The position numbers and the translations under genes are program-made. 64,000 nt of DNA from Amphiscolops sp. MND2022 (taxonomy: Eukaryota), in the NCBI GenBank assembly GCA_964187785.1, contig OZ076421.1:54002001-54066000 (forward strand), written 5' to 3'. This document shows, piece by piece, positions 35,201 to 50,200 of this stretch; position 1 is the stretch's first letter; the number at the start of each line of letters is the position of its first letter. Under the pieces are notes generated by a model. That model was not told where the DNA came from, ran no database searches, and worked only from the letters and a program-made list of their open reading frames with translations.

Positions 35201-38200
35201 GACGAATCAGGTCACGCTTCATCAACGCGCGATGCTTGCAAAGTGTGCTACATCGGGGTTTACGCTGTATCGAAGCAATCCTTAAAACTGGTTTTCACAG
35301 AGAATTAAACTACTCAATAGAAAAAGGTCCGTAAACCTGCAATTTGACCATATCTATCCTATAACCTATCAATGGCACTGGTCTTGGGTTCTAAATTATG
35401 ACCGGCTAAATAGGTTTCAAGCGTTTCCAATGCTTGGAAAACCTGGTTCAAAGATGGCATTATATTCGGTATTCTTCATCTTCTTCGTTTTCATCTATTC
35501 CCATTTTCCATAGTAGTTTCGGTATACTATTATTGCGATTGGGTGTAGTAAAACTCTTTTTCATCCCAGTCCTAATTATCTTCTTCCGAAAAACCTGTTT
35601 TGCCCAATAATTTGTCAAACCAGTCGCTAGCAAAAGTTTCGTCTAAAGTGCCCGCTTGCCCGTAAAGTTTCTTGAAATTTATATTATCTCGTGCTTTGAA
35701 TCATCTAGGAAACCCTTTCTTGGGGCAAAAATTGTAATTTCAAACGATCATAAAAACTATTTGCCTGTTGTGGAATAAGGTCACCCGTAAATATCTTTTT
35801 CTGGGTCTCATGTGAACAAACTAACTCAAAAGCGATTTATCAACATATTGATAGGCGCTCTGTTTGTATCTTTTCTTCCGTATCTCATTCTTCAGGTAAA
35901 TTAGCTGATGCGATATAAAAAATTTTACTTTATTCTTGAGAATAGTAGAAACAGTTGGCAAATTGTGCTTCTTAACAATCATTGCCTTAGTTCCCTGTTG
36001 TGCTTATCGTTTTCGTAATCCTTGATAATAGCGAATTATTGGTGACTTTGGCAAATCAAATGCGTTTTTGGTCATTTGGCATTGCGCCTGACAATGGAAT
36101 TTCAGCGTTTCAATAGAAACAAGGTGCATGAAGCGTGTTAATGTAATTTGAAAAAGCATGTGAAGTACGTGATGTTGTTTGTTATAAATGTATTTTATTC
36201 ACCAACAGTGTATTGACGAATCAGGTCACGCTTCATCAACTCGCGATGCTTGCAAAGTGTGCTACATCGGGGTTTACGCTATATCGAAGCATTCCTTAAA
36301 ACTGGTTTTCACAGAGAATTAAACTACTCAATAGAAAAAAGTCCGTAAACCTGCAATTCGACCATATTTATCCTATAATCTATCAATGGCACTGGTCTTG
36401 GTTTCTAAATCATGACCGGCAAAGTAGGTTTCAAGCGTTTCCAATGCTTGGAAAACCTGGTTCAAAGATGGCATTATATTCGGTATTCTTCATCTTCTTC
36501 GTTTTCATCTATTCCCATTTTCCATAGTAGTTTCGGTATACAATTATTGCGATTGGGTGTAGTAGAACTCTTTTTCATCCCAGTCCTAATTATCTTCTTC
36601 CGAAAAACCTGTTTTGCGCAATAATTTGTCAAACCAGTCGCTAGCAAAAGTTTCGTCTAAAGTGCCCGCTTGCCCGTAAAGTTTCTTGAAATTGATATTG
36701 TATCGTGCTTTGAATCATCTAGGAAACCCCTATTTGGCGCAAAATTTGTAATTTCAAACGATCGTAAAAAAATATTTGCCTGTTGTGGAATAAGGCCACC
36801 CGTAAATATAATTTTTCTGGGTCTCAATTGAACAAACTAACTCAAAAGCGATTTATCAACATATTGATATGAGCTCTGTTTGTATCTTTTCTTCCGTATC
36901 TCATTCGTCAGGTAAATTAGCTGATGAGATATTAAAATTTCTACTTTATTCTTTGAGAATGGTAGAAACAGTTGGCAAATTGTGCTTCTTAACAATCATT
37001 GCCTTAGTTCCTTGTTGTGCTTATCGTTTTCGTAATCCTTGATAATAGCGAAATATTGGTAATTTTGGCAAATCAATTGCGTTTTTGGTCATTTGTCCTT
37101 GCGCCTGACAATGGAATTTCAGCGTTTCAATAGAAACAAAGTGCATGAAGCGTGTTAATGTAATTTGAAAAAGCATGTGAAGTACGTGATGTTTTTTGTT
37201 ACAAATGAGTTTTATTCACCAACAGTGTATTGACGAATCAGGTCACGCTTCGTCAACGCGCGATGCTTGCAAAAAGCGCTACATCGAGGTTTACGCTATA
37301 TCGAAGCAATCCTTAAAACATGTTTTCACAGAGAATTAAACTACTCAACGGAACAAAGTCCGTAAACCTGCAATTCGACCATAATTATCCTATAACCTAT
37401 CAATGGCACTGGTCTTGGTTTCTAAATCATGACCGGCTAAATAGGTTTCAAGCGTTTCCAATGCTTGGAAAACCTGGTTCGAAGATGGCATTATATTCGG
37501 TATTCTTCATCTTCTTCGTTTTCATCTATTCCCACTTTCCATAATAGTTTCGGTATACTATTATTGCAATTGGGTGTTGTAGAACTTTTTTTCATCCCAG
37601 TCCTAATTATCTTCTTCCGAAAAACCTGTTTTGCGCAAAAATTTGTCAAACCAGTCGCTAACAAAAGTTTCGTGTAATGTGCCCGCTTGCCCGTAAAGTT
37701 TCTTAAAATTGATATTGTATCGTGCTTTGAATCATCTAGGAAACCCCTACTTGGCGCAAAATTTTTTTTTATTTCAAACGACCGTAAAAAATATTTGCTT
37801 GTTGTGGAATGATGTCACCCGTAAATAATTTTTTTCGGGGTCTCATTTGAACAAATAAACTCTAGAGCGATTAATCAACATATTGATATCCGCTCTGTTT
37901 AAATATTTTCTCCCGTACTCATTCTTCAGATGATATAGCTGATGAGATGTAATAATTTCTACTTTATTCTTAAGAATGGTAGAAACAGTTGGCAAATTGT
38001 GCTTCTTAACAATCCATGCCTTAGTTCTTTGTTGTGTTTTTTGTTTTCGTAATCCTTGATAATAGCGACTTATTGGTGATTTTGGCAAATCAAATGCGTT
38101 TTTGGTCTTTTGGCAATGCGCCTGACAATGGAATTTCAGCGTTTCAATAAAAACAAGGTGTATGAAGCGTGTTAATGTATTTTGAAAAAGCATGTGAAGT

Positions 38201-41200
38201 ACGTGATGTTTTTTGTTACAAATGAATGTTATTCACCAACAGTGTATTTACGAATCAGGGCACGCTTCATCAACGCGCGATGCTTGCAAAGTGTGCTAAA
38301 TCGGGGTTTACGCTATTTTGAAGCAGTCCTTAAAACTTGTTTTCACAGAGATTTAAACTACTCAATGGAAGAAGTCAGTAAACCTGCAATTCGACCATAT
38401 TTATCATATAACCTATCAATGGCACTGGTCTCGGTTTCTAAATCATGACCGGCTAAATAGGTTTGAAGCGTTTCCAATGCTTGGAAAACCTGGTTCGAAG
38501 ATGGCATTATATTCGGTATTCTTCATCTTCTTCGTTTTCATCTATTCCCACTTTCCATAATAGTTTCGGTATACTATTATTGCAATTGGGTGTAGTAGAA
38601 CTCTTTTTCATCCCAGTCCTAATTATCTTCTTCCGAAAAACCTGTTTTGCACAATAATTTGTCAAACCATTCGCTAACAAAAGTTTCGTGTAATGTGCCC
38701 GCTTGCCCGTAAAGTTTCTTGAAATTGATATCGTATCGTTCTTTGAATCATCTAGGAAACCCCTACTTGGCGCAAAATTTGTAATTTTAAACGATCGTAA
38801 AAAAAATTTGCCTGTTGTGGACTAAGGTCACCTGTAAATATTTTTTTTCTGGGTCTCATTTGGACAAACTAACTCAAAAGCGATTTATCAACATATTGAT
38901 ATGCGCTCTGTTTGTATTTTTTCTTCCGTATCTCATTCTTCAGGTAAATTAGCTGATGAGATATAAAAATTTCTACTTTATTCTTTGAGAATGGTAGAAA
39001 CAGTTGGCAAATTGTGCTTCTTAACAATCATTGCCTTAGTTCCTTGTTGTGCTTATCGTTTTCGTAATCCTTGATAATAGCGAATTATTGGTGATTTTGG
39101 CAAATCAAATGCGTTTTTGGTCATTTGGCATTGCGCCTGACAATGGAAATTCAGCGTTTCCATACAAACAAGGTGTATGAAGCGTGTTAATGTAATTTGA
39201 AAAAGCATGTGAAGTACGTGATGTTTTTCGTTACAAATGAATTTTATTCACCAACAGTGTATTGACGAATCAGGTCACGCTTCATCAACGCGCGATGCTT
39301 GCAAAGTGCGCTACATCGGGGTTTACGCTATATCGAAGCAATCCTTAAAACATGTTTTCACAGAGAATTAAACTACTCAATGGAACAAAGTCAGTAAACC
39401 TGCAATTCGACCATATTTATCATATAACCTATTAATGGCACTGGTCTCGGTTTCTAAATCAGGACCGGCAAAAAATGTTTTAAGCGTTTCCAATGCTTGG
39501 AAAACCTGGTTTGAAGATGGCATTATATTCGGTATTCTTCATCTTCTTCGATTTCGTCTCTTCCCATTTTCCATAATAGTTTCGGGATATTATTATCGCG
39601 ATTGGGTGTAGTAGAACCCTTTTTCATCCCAGTCCTAGTTATCTTCTTCCAAAAAACCTGTTTTGCACAATAATTTGTCAAACCAGTCGCTAACAAAAGT
39701 TTCGTCTAATGTGCCCGCTTGCCCGTAAAGTTATTTGAAATTGATATTGTATCAAGCTTTGAATCACCTAAGAAACCCCTACTTGGCGCAAAGTTTGTAA
39801 TTTCAAGCAATCGTAAAAAAATTATTGCCTGTTGTGGAATAAGGTCACCCGTAAAAAAACTTTTTCTGTGTCTCATTTGAACAAACCAACGCTAAAGCGA
39901 TTTATCAACATATCGATATGCGTTCTGTTTATATCTATTCTCCCGTATCTCATTCTTCAGATAAATTAGCTGATGAGATATAATAATTCTAATAATTTCT
40001 AATTTGTTCTTAAGAATGGTAGAAACAGTTGCCAAATTGTGCTTCTTAACAATCATTGCCTTAGTTCCTTGTGCTTATCGTTTTCGTAATCTTTGATAAT
40101 AGCGAATTACTGGTGACTTTGGCAAATCAAATGCGTTTTTGGTCATTTGGCATTGCGCCTGACAACGGAGTTTCAGCGTTTCAATAGAAACAAGGTGTAT
40201 GAAGCGTGTTAATGTAATTTGTAAAAACAGGTGAAGTACGTGATATTTTTTGTTACAAATGAATTTTGATCATCAACAGTGTATTGACAAATCATGTCAC
40301 GCTTCATCTATGCGCGATGCTTGCAAAGTGCGCTACATCGGGGTTTACGCTATATCGAAGCAATCCTTAGAACATGTTTTCACAGAGAATTAAACTATTC
40401 AATGGAACAAAGTCAGTAAACCTGCAATTCGACCATATTTATTATATAACCTATCAATGGCACTGGTCTCGGTTTCTAAATCAGGACCGGCTAAAAATGT
40501 TTTAAGCGTTTCCAATGCTTGGAAAACCTGGTTTGAAGATGGCATTATGTTCGGTATTCTTCATCTTCTTCGTTTTCATCTCTTCCCATTTTCCATAATA
40601 GTTTCGGGATACTATTATCGCGATTGGGTGTAGTAGAACCCTTTTTCATCCCAGTCCTAATTATATCTTCCGAAAAACCTGTTTTGCGCAATAATTTGTC
40701 AAACGAGTTGCTAACAAAAGATTCGTCTAATGTGCCCGATTGCCCGTAAAGTTTCTTGAAATTAATATTGTATCGTGCTTTGAGTTATCTAGGAAACCCC
40801 TACTTGGCGCAAAGTTTGTAATTTCAAGCGATCGTAGAAAATATTTGCCTGTTGTGGAATAAGGTCACCCGTAAATTTTTTTTCTGGGTCTCATCTGAAC
40901 AAACCAACTCTAAAGCGATTTATCAACATGTTGATATGCGTTCTGTTTATATCGTTTCTCCCGTATCTCATTCTTCAGATAAATTAGCTGATGAGACATA
41001 GTTATTTCTACTTTATTCTTAAGAATGGTAAAAACAGTTGGCAAATTGTGCTTCTCAACAATCATTGCCTTAGTTCCTTGTTGTGCTTTTCGTTTTCGTA
41101 ATACTTGATAATAGCGAATTTTTGGTGATTTTGGCAAATCAAATGCGTTTTTGGTCATTTGGCATTGCGCCTGACAATGAACTTTCAGCGTTTCAATAGA

Positions 41201-44200
41201 AACAAGGTGTATGAAGCGTGTTAATGTAATTTGAAAAAGCATGTGAAGTACGTGATGTTTTTTGTTACAAATGAACTATGTTCACCAACAGTGTATTGAC
41301 GAAGCAGGTCACGCTTCATCAACGCGCGATGCTTGCAAAGTGCGCTACATCGGGGTTCACGCCATATCGAAGCAATCCTTAAAATTTGTTTTCACAGAGA
41401 ATTAAACTACTCAATGAAAAAAAGTCAGTAAACCTGCAATTCGACCATTGTTATCATATAACCAATCAAATGGCACTGGTCTCGGTTTCTAAATCATGAC
41501 CGGCTAAATAGGTTTCAAGCGTTTCCAATGCTTGGAAAACCTGGTTTGAAGATGGCATCATATTCGGTATTCTTCATCTTCTTCGTTTTCATCTATTCCC
41601 ATTTTCCATAATAGTTTCGGTATACTATTATTGCAATTGGGTGTAGTAGAACCCTTTTTCATCCCGGTCTTAATTATCTTCTTCCGAAAATCCTGTTTTG
41701 CGCAATAATTTGTCAAACCAGTCGCTAACAAAAATTTCGTCTAATGTGCCCGCTTGTCCGTAAGTTTCTTGAAATTGATACTGTTTCAAGCTTTGAATCA
41801 CCTAGGAAAACCTATTTGGCGCAAAGTTTGTAATTTCAAGCAATCGTAAAAAAATATTTGCCTGTTGTGGAATAATGTCACCCGTAAAAAAACTTTTTCT
41901 GTGTCTCATTTGAACAAACCGACGCTAAAGCGATTTATCAACATATTGATATGCGTTCTGTTAATATCTTTTCTCCCGTATCTCATTCTTCACATAAATT
42001 AGCTAATGAGATATAATAATTTCTACTTTATTCTTAAGAATGGTAGAAACAGTTGTCAAATTGTGCTTCTTAACAATCATTGCCTTAGTTCCTTGTTGTG
42101 CTTATCGTTTTCGTAATCCTTGATAATAGCGAATTACTGGTGACTTTGGCAAATCAAATGCGTTTTTGGTCATTTGGCATTGCGCTTGACAATGGAATTC
42201 CAGCGTTTCAAAAGAAACAAGGTGTATGAAGCGTGTTAATGTAATTTGAAAAAGCATGTGAAATACGTGATGTTTTTTGTTACAAATGAATGTTGTTCAC
42301 CAACAGTGTATTGACGAAGCAGGTCACGCTTCATCAACGCGCGATGCTTGCAAAGTGCGCTACATCGGGGTTTACACTATATCGAAGCAATCCTTAAAAT
42401 TTGTTTTCACAGAGAATTAAACCACTCAATGGAAAAAAGTCAGTAAACCTGCAATTCGACCATTGTTTTCATATAACCAATCAATGGCACTGGTCTCGGT
42501 TTCTAAATCATGACCGGCTAAATAGGTTTCAAGCGTTTCCAATGCTTGGAAAACCTGGTTTGAAGATGGCATTTTATTCGGTATTCTTCATCTTCTTCGT
42601 TTTCATCTATTCCCATTTTCCATAATAGTTTCGGTATACTATTATTGCAATTGGGTGTAGTAGAACCCTTTTTCATCCCGGTCCTAATTATCTTCTTCCG
42701 AAAACCCTGTTTTGCGCAATAAATTGTCAAACCATTCGCTAACAGAAATTTCGTCTAATGTGCCCGCTTGTCCGTAAGTTTCTTGAAATTGATATTGTAT
42801 CAAGCTTTGAATCACCTAGGAAACTCCTACTTGGCGCAAAGTTTGTAATTTCAAGCAATCGTAAAAAAATATTTGCCTGTTGTGGAATAATGTCACCCGT
42901 AAAAAAACTTTTTCTGTGTCTCATTTGAACAAACCGACGCTAAAGCGATTTATCAACATATTGATATGCGTTCTGTTAATATCTTTTCTCCCGTATCTCA
43001 TTCTTCACATAAATTAGCTAATGAGATATAATAATTTCTACTTTATTCTTAAGAATGGTAGAAACAGTTGTCAAATTGTGCTTCTTAACAATCATTGCCT
43101 TAGTTCCTTGTTGTGCTTATCGTTTTCGTAATCCTTGATAATAGCGAATTACTGGTGACTTTGGCAAATCAAATGCGTTTTTGGTCATTTGGCATTGCGC
43201 TTGACAATGGAATTCCAGCGTTTCAAAAGAAACAAGGTGTATGAAGCGTGTTAATGTAATTTGAAAAAGCATGTGAAATACGTGATGTTTTTTGTTACAA
43301 ATGAATGTTGTTCACCAACAGTGTATTGACGAAGCAGGTCACGCTTCATCAACGCGCGATGCTTGCAAAGTGCGCTACATCGGGGTTTACACTATATCGA
43401 AGCAATCCTTAAAATTTGTTTTCACAGAGAATTAAACCACTCAATGGAAAAAAGTCAGTAAACCTGCAATTCGACCATTGTTTTCATATAACCAATCAAT
43501 GGCACTGGTCTCGGTTTCTAAATCATGACCGGCTAAATAGGTTTCAAGCGTTTCCAATGCTTGGAAAACCTGGTTTGAAGATGGCATTTTATTCGGTATT
43601 CTTCATCTTCTTCGTTTTCATCTATTCCCATTTTCCATAATAGTTTCGGTATACTATTATTGCAATTGGGTGTAGTAGAACCCTTTTTCATCCCGGTCCT
43701 AATTATCTTCTTCCGAAAACCCTGTTTTGCGCAATAAATTGTCAAACCATTCGCTAACAGAAATTTCGTCTAATGTGCCCGCTTGTCCGTAAGTTTCTTG
43801 AAATTGATATTGTATCAAGCTTTGAATCACCTAGGAAACTCCTACTTGGCGCAAAGTTTGTAATTTCAAGCAATCGTAAAAAAATATTTGCCTGTTGTGG
43901 AATAAGGTCATCCGTAAAAAATCTTTTTCTGTGTCTCATTTGAACAAACCGACGCTAAAGCGATTTATCAACATATTGATATGCGTTCTGTTAATATCTA
44001 TTCTCCCGTATCTCATTCTTCAGATAATTTAGTTGATGAGATATAATAATTTCTACTTTATTCTTAAGAATGGTAGAAACAGTTGGCAAATTGTGCTTCT
44101 TAACAATCATTGCCTTAGTTCCTTGTTGTGCTTATCGTTTTCGTAATCCTTGATAATAGCGAATTACTGGTGACTTTGGCAAATCAAATGCGTTTTTGGT

Positions 44201-47200
44201 CATTTGGCGTTGCGCTTGACAATGGAATTCCAGCGTTTCAATAGAAACAAGGTGTATGAAGCGTGTTAATGTAGTTTGAAAAAGCATGTGAAGTACGTGA
44301 TGTTTTTTGTTACAAATGAATGTTGTTCACCAACAGTGTATTGACGAAGCAGGTCACGCTTCATCAACGCGTGATGCTTGCAAACTGTGCTACATCGTGG
44401 TTTACGCTATATCGATGCATTCCTTAAAACATGTTTTCACAGAGAATTAAACTACTCAATAGAACAAAGTCAGTTAACCTGCAATTCGACCATATTTATG
44501 ATATAACCTATCAATGGCACTGGTCTCGGTTTCTAAATCATGACCGGCTAAAGAGGTTTCAAGCGTTTCCAATACTTGGAAAACCTGGTTTGAAGATGGC
44601 ATTATATTCGGTATTCTTCATCTTCTTCGTTTTCATCTCTTACCGTTTTCCATAATAGTTTCGGTATACTATTATTGCGATTGGGTGTAGTAGAACCCTT
44701 TTTCATCCCAGTCCTAATTATCTTCTTCCAAAAAACCTGTTTTGCGCATTAATTTGTTAAACCAGTCGCTAACAAAAGTTTCGTCTAATGTGCCCTCTTG
44801 CCCGTGAAGTTTCTTGAAATTGATATTGTATCGTGCTTTGAATCATCTAGGAAACCCCTACTTGGCGCAAAGTTTGTAATTTCAAGCAATCGTAAAAAAA
44901 ATATTTGCCTGTTGTGGAATAAGGTCACCCGTAAAAAATTTTTTTCTGTGTCTCATTTGAACAAACCAACTCTAAAGCGATTTATCAACATATTGATATG
45001 CGTTCTGTTTATATCTCTTCTCCCATATCTCATTCTTCAGATAAATTAGCTGATGAGACATAATAATTTCTATTTTATTCTTACGAATGGTAAAAACAGT
45101 TGGCAAATTGTGCTTCTTAACAATCTTTGCCTTAGTTCCTTGTTGTGCTTTTCGTTTTCGTAATACTTGATAATAGCGAATGTTTGACGATTTTGGCAAA
45201 TCAAATGCGTTTTTGGTCATTTGGCATTGCGCCTGACAATGGAATTTCAGCGTTTCAGTAGAAACAAGGTGTATGAAGCGTGTTAATGTAATTTGAAAAA
45301 GCATGTGAAATACGTGATGTTTTTGTTACAAATGAATGTTATTCACCAACAGTGTATTGACGAATCAGGTCACGGTTCATCAACCCGCGATGCTTGCAAA
45401 GTGCGCTACATCGGGGTTTACGCTATATCGAAGCAATCCTTAAAACTTGTTTTCACAGAGAATTAGGCTACTCAATGGAAAAAAGTCAGGAAACCTGCAA
45501 TTCGACCGTATTTATCATATAACCTATCAATGGCACTGGTGTCGGTTTCTAAATCATGACCGACTAAATAGGTTTCAAGCGTTACCAATGCTTGGAAAAC
45601 CTGGTTCGAAGATGGCATTATATTCGGTATTCTTCATCTTCTTCGTTTTCATCTATTCCCACTTTCCATAATAGTTTCGGTATACTATTATTGCAATTGG
45701 GTGTAGTAGAACTCTTTTTCATCCCAGTCCTAATTATCTTCTTCCGAAAAACCTGTTTTGCGCAATAATTTGCCAAACCAGTCGCTGGCAAAAGTTTCGT
45801 CTAAAGTGCCCGCTTGTCCGTAAGTTTCTAGAGATTGATATTGTATCGTGCTTTGAATCATCTAGGAAACCCCTACTTGGCGCAAAGGTTGTAATTTCAA
45901 ACGATAGTAAAATAGTATTTGCCTGTTGCGGAATGATGTCACCCGTAAATAATGTTTTTCTGGGTCTCATTTGAACAAATCAACTCTAAAGCGATTAATC
46001 AACATATTGATATCCGCTCTGTTTAAAAATTTTCTCCCGTATCTCATTCTTCAGATAAATTAGCTGATGAGATGTAATAATTTCTACTTTATTCTTAAGA
46101 ATGGTAGAAACAGTTGGCAAATTGTGCTTCTTAACAATCATTGCCTTAGTTCTTTGTTGAGCTTTTTGTTTTCGTAATCCTTGATTAAAGCGAATTATTG
46201 GTGAGTTTGGCAAATCAAATGCGTTTTTGGTCATTTGGCATTGCGCCTGACAATGGAATTTCAGCGTTTCAATAGAAACAAGGTGTATGAAGCGTGTTAA
46301 TGTAATTTGAAAAAGCATGTGAAGTATGTGATGTTTTTTGTTACAAATGAATGTTATTCACAAACAGTGTATTTACGAATCAGGGCACGCTTCATCAAGG
46401 CGTGATGCTTGCAAAGAGAATTAAACTACTCAAAGGAACAAAGTCAGTTAACCTGCAATTCGACCATGTTTATGATATAACCTATCAATGGCACTGTTCT
46501 CGGTTTCTAAATCATGACCGGCTAAATAGGTTTCAAGCGTTTCCAATGCTTAGAAAACCTGGTTTGAAGATGGCATTATTTTCGGTATTCTTCATCTTCT
46601 TTGTTTTCATCTATTCCCATTTTCGACAATAGTTTCGGTATACTATTATTGCAATTGGGTGTAGTAGAACTCTTTTTCATCCCAGTCCTATTTAACTTCT
46701 TCCGAAAAACCTGTTTTGCGCAATACTTTGTCAAACCAGTCGCTGGCAAAAGTTTCGTCTAAGGTGCCCGCTTGTCCGTAAGTTTCTTGAAATTGATATT
46801 GTATCGTGCTTTGAATCATCTAGGAAACCCCTCCCTACTTGGCGCAAAGTTTGTAATTTCAAACGATAGTAAAATATTATTTGCCTGTTGTGGAATGATG
46901 TCACCCGTAAATAATGTTTTTCTGGGTCTCATTTGAACAAATCAACTCTAAAGCGATTAATCAACATATTGATATCCGCTCTGTTTAAATATTTTCTCCC
47001 GTATCTCATTCTTCAGATAAATTAGCTGATGAGATGTAATAATTTCTACTTTATTCTTAAGAATGGTAGAAACAGTTGGCAAATTGTGCTTCTTAACAAT
47101 CATTGCCTTAGTTCTTTTTTGAGCTTTTTGTTTTCGTAATCCTTGATTAAAGCGAATTATTGGTGAGTTTGGCAAATCAAATGCGTTTTTGGTCATTTGG

Positions 47201-50200
47201 CATTGCGCCTGACAATGGAATTTCAGCGTTTTAATAGAAACAAGGTGTATGAAGCGTGTTAATGTAATTTGAAAAAGCATGTGAAGTATGTGATGTTTTT
47301 TGTTACAAATGAATGTTATTCACAAACAGTGTATTTACGAATCAGGGCACGCTTCATCAAGGCGTGATGCTTGCAAAGTGTGCTACATCGGGGTTTACGC
47401 TATATCGAAGCATTCCTTAAAACATGTTTTCACAGAGAATTAAACTACTAAATGGAACAAAGTCAGTTAACCTGCAATTCGACCATATTTATGATATAAC
47501 CTACCAATGGCAGTGGTCTCGGTTTCTAAATCATGACCGGCTAAATAGGTTTCAAGCGTTTCCAATGCTTAGAAAACCTGGTTTGAAGATGGCATTACAT
47601 TCGGTATTCTTCATCTTCTTTGTTTTCATCTATTCCCATTTTCGACAATAGTTTCGGTATACTATTATTGCAATTGGGTGTAGTAGAACTCTTTTTCATC
47701 CCAGTCCTATTTAACTTCTTCCGAAAAACCTGTTTTGCGCAATACTTTGTCAAACCAGTCGCTGGCAAAAGTTTCGTCTAAGGTGCCCGCTTGTCCGTAA
47801 GTTTCTTGAAATTGATATTGTATCGTGCTTTGAATCATCTAGGAAACCCCTCCCTACTTGGCGCAAAGTTTGTAATTTCAAACGATAGGAAATTAATATT
47901 TGCCTGTTGTGGAATGATGTCACCCGTAAAAAATTTTTTTCTGGGTCTCATTTGAACAAATCACCTCTAAAGCGATTATTCAACATATTGATATCCGCTC
48001 TGTTTAAATATTTTCTCCCGTTTCTCATTCTTCAGATAAATTAGCTGATGAGATGTAATAATTTCTTCTTTATTTTTAAGAATGGTAGAAACTGTTGGCA
48101 AATTGTGCTTCTTAACAATCATTGCCTTAGTTCTTTGTTGTGCTTTTTGTTCTAGTAATCCTTGATTAAAGCGAATTATTGGTGAGTTTGGCAAATCAAA
48201 TGCGTTTTTGGTCATTTGGCATTGCGCCTGACAATGGAATTTCAGCGTTTCAATAGAAACAAGGTGTATGAAGCGTGTTAATGTAGTTTGAAAAAGCATG
48301 TGAAGTACGTGATGTTTTTTGTTACAAATGAATGTTATTCACAAACAGTGTATTTACGAATCAGGGCACGCTTCATCAAGGCGTGATGCTTGCAAAGTGT
48401 GCTACATCGTGGTTTACGCTATATCGAAGCATTCCTTAAAACATGTTTTCACAGAGAATTAAACTACTCAATGGAACAAAGTCAGTTAACCTGCAATTCG
48501 ACCATATTTATGATATAACCTATCAATGGCACTGGTCTCGGTTTCTAAATCATGACTGGCTAAATAGGTTTCAAGCGTTTCCAATGCTTAGAAAACCTGG
48601 TTTGAAGATGGCATTATATTCGGTATTCTTCATCTTCTTTGTTTTCATCTATTCCCATTTTCGACAATAGTCTCGGTAAAGTAAAGATTCGCATTGTTTT
48701 CCATTTCCGGAATTGAAGTTGGTAGCTGATCGTCATCATGTTACACTTCTTCAATTTTTTCATCACATAAAATACCCTCAACATCGGGGATGACTTTAGT
48801 AATAATACCTTCTCCGAAACAATTCTTTGTAGTCGAAACCCAAATCTTCTGCTGCCAAACTGTTTTCAGAAGAAATGGAGCATCCAGTAAAATAATATCC
48901 GTCTCGTGTATGTTATTGCAGGTTATTGCAGTATATCGACGTAAGTGCAGAGCAGTCTTGTGAGGATGTTTTAAACACTTAATGATGTCCATGTCCATGT
49001 GTCGGCATGTACTTGTTACATTCGATGGCAGAAAAAGCCACTTCACATTTTGCGATTGATCATGGGGATGTGCAGAAAAATTATTGAGAAACAGCAGCAC
49101 TTTTCTATTTGTACACCCTTTGCCCTACCGAAGCGTTGTAAACTTCCAGCAAAAACATGGGCATCCACCCAGGCTTTTGTCTGTGAATAATATTTGACAG
49201 AAATACGAGCCTGTTTAAAAGCCCTGGGGGTTTTCTAATTGCCGATTTAACAAAAATGCAATATTTCTCCAGCCATAGACACACCAACAAGAACCGTCGC
49301 CCTTTGTTTTTTAGTTCCCTGCCCCCTCTATTTTCTATCTATGGCTGCCTCTGCAGTGATATACAACGCGTATTGCGATTGGGTCTAGTAGAACATTTTT
49401 TCATCCCAGTATCAAAAATCTTCTTCCGAAAAATTTGTTTTGCGCAATAAAATGTCAAACCAGTCGCTAACAAAAATTTCGTCTAATGTGCCCGCTTGTC
49501 GGTAAAGATTCTCGAAATTGCTATTGTATCGTGCTTTGAATCATCTAGGAAACCCCTACTTGGCGCAAAGTTTGTAATATTACACGATCGTAAAAAATAT
49601 TTACCTGTTGTGGAAAAAGGTCACCCGTAAATAATTTTTTTCTGGGTCTCATTTGAACGAACTAACTCGAAAGCGATTTATCAACATATTGATATTCGCT
49701 CTGTTTATATCTTTTCGCTACTTTATTCTTTGAGATTGGTAGAAACAGTTGGCTAATTGTGCTTCGTAACAATCATTGCCTTAGTTCCTTGTTGTGCTTG
49801 TCGATTTCGTAATCCTAATTTTATTCACCAACAGTGTATTGACGAATCAGGTCACGCCTCATCAACGCGCGATGCTTGCAAAAAGCGCTACATCGGGGTT
49901 TACGCTATATCGAAGCAATCCTTAAAACATGTTTTCACAGAGAAATAAACTACTCAATGGAACAAAGTCGGTAAACCTGCAATTCGACCGTATTTATCAT
50001 ATAACCTATTAATGGCACTGGTCTCAGTTTCTAAATCAGGACCGGCTAAATAGGTTTGAAGCGTTTCCAGTGCTTGGAAAACCTGGTTCGAAGATGGCAT
50101 TATATTCAGTATTCTTCATCTTCTTCGTTCTCACCTATTCCCACTTTCCATAATAGTTTTGGTATACTATTATTGCAATTGGGTGTAGTAGAACTCTTTT

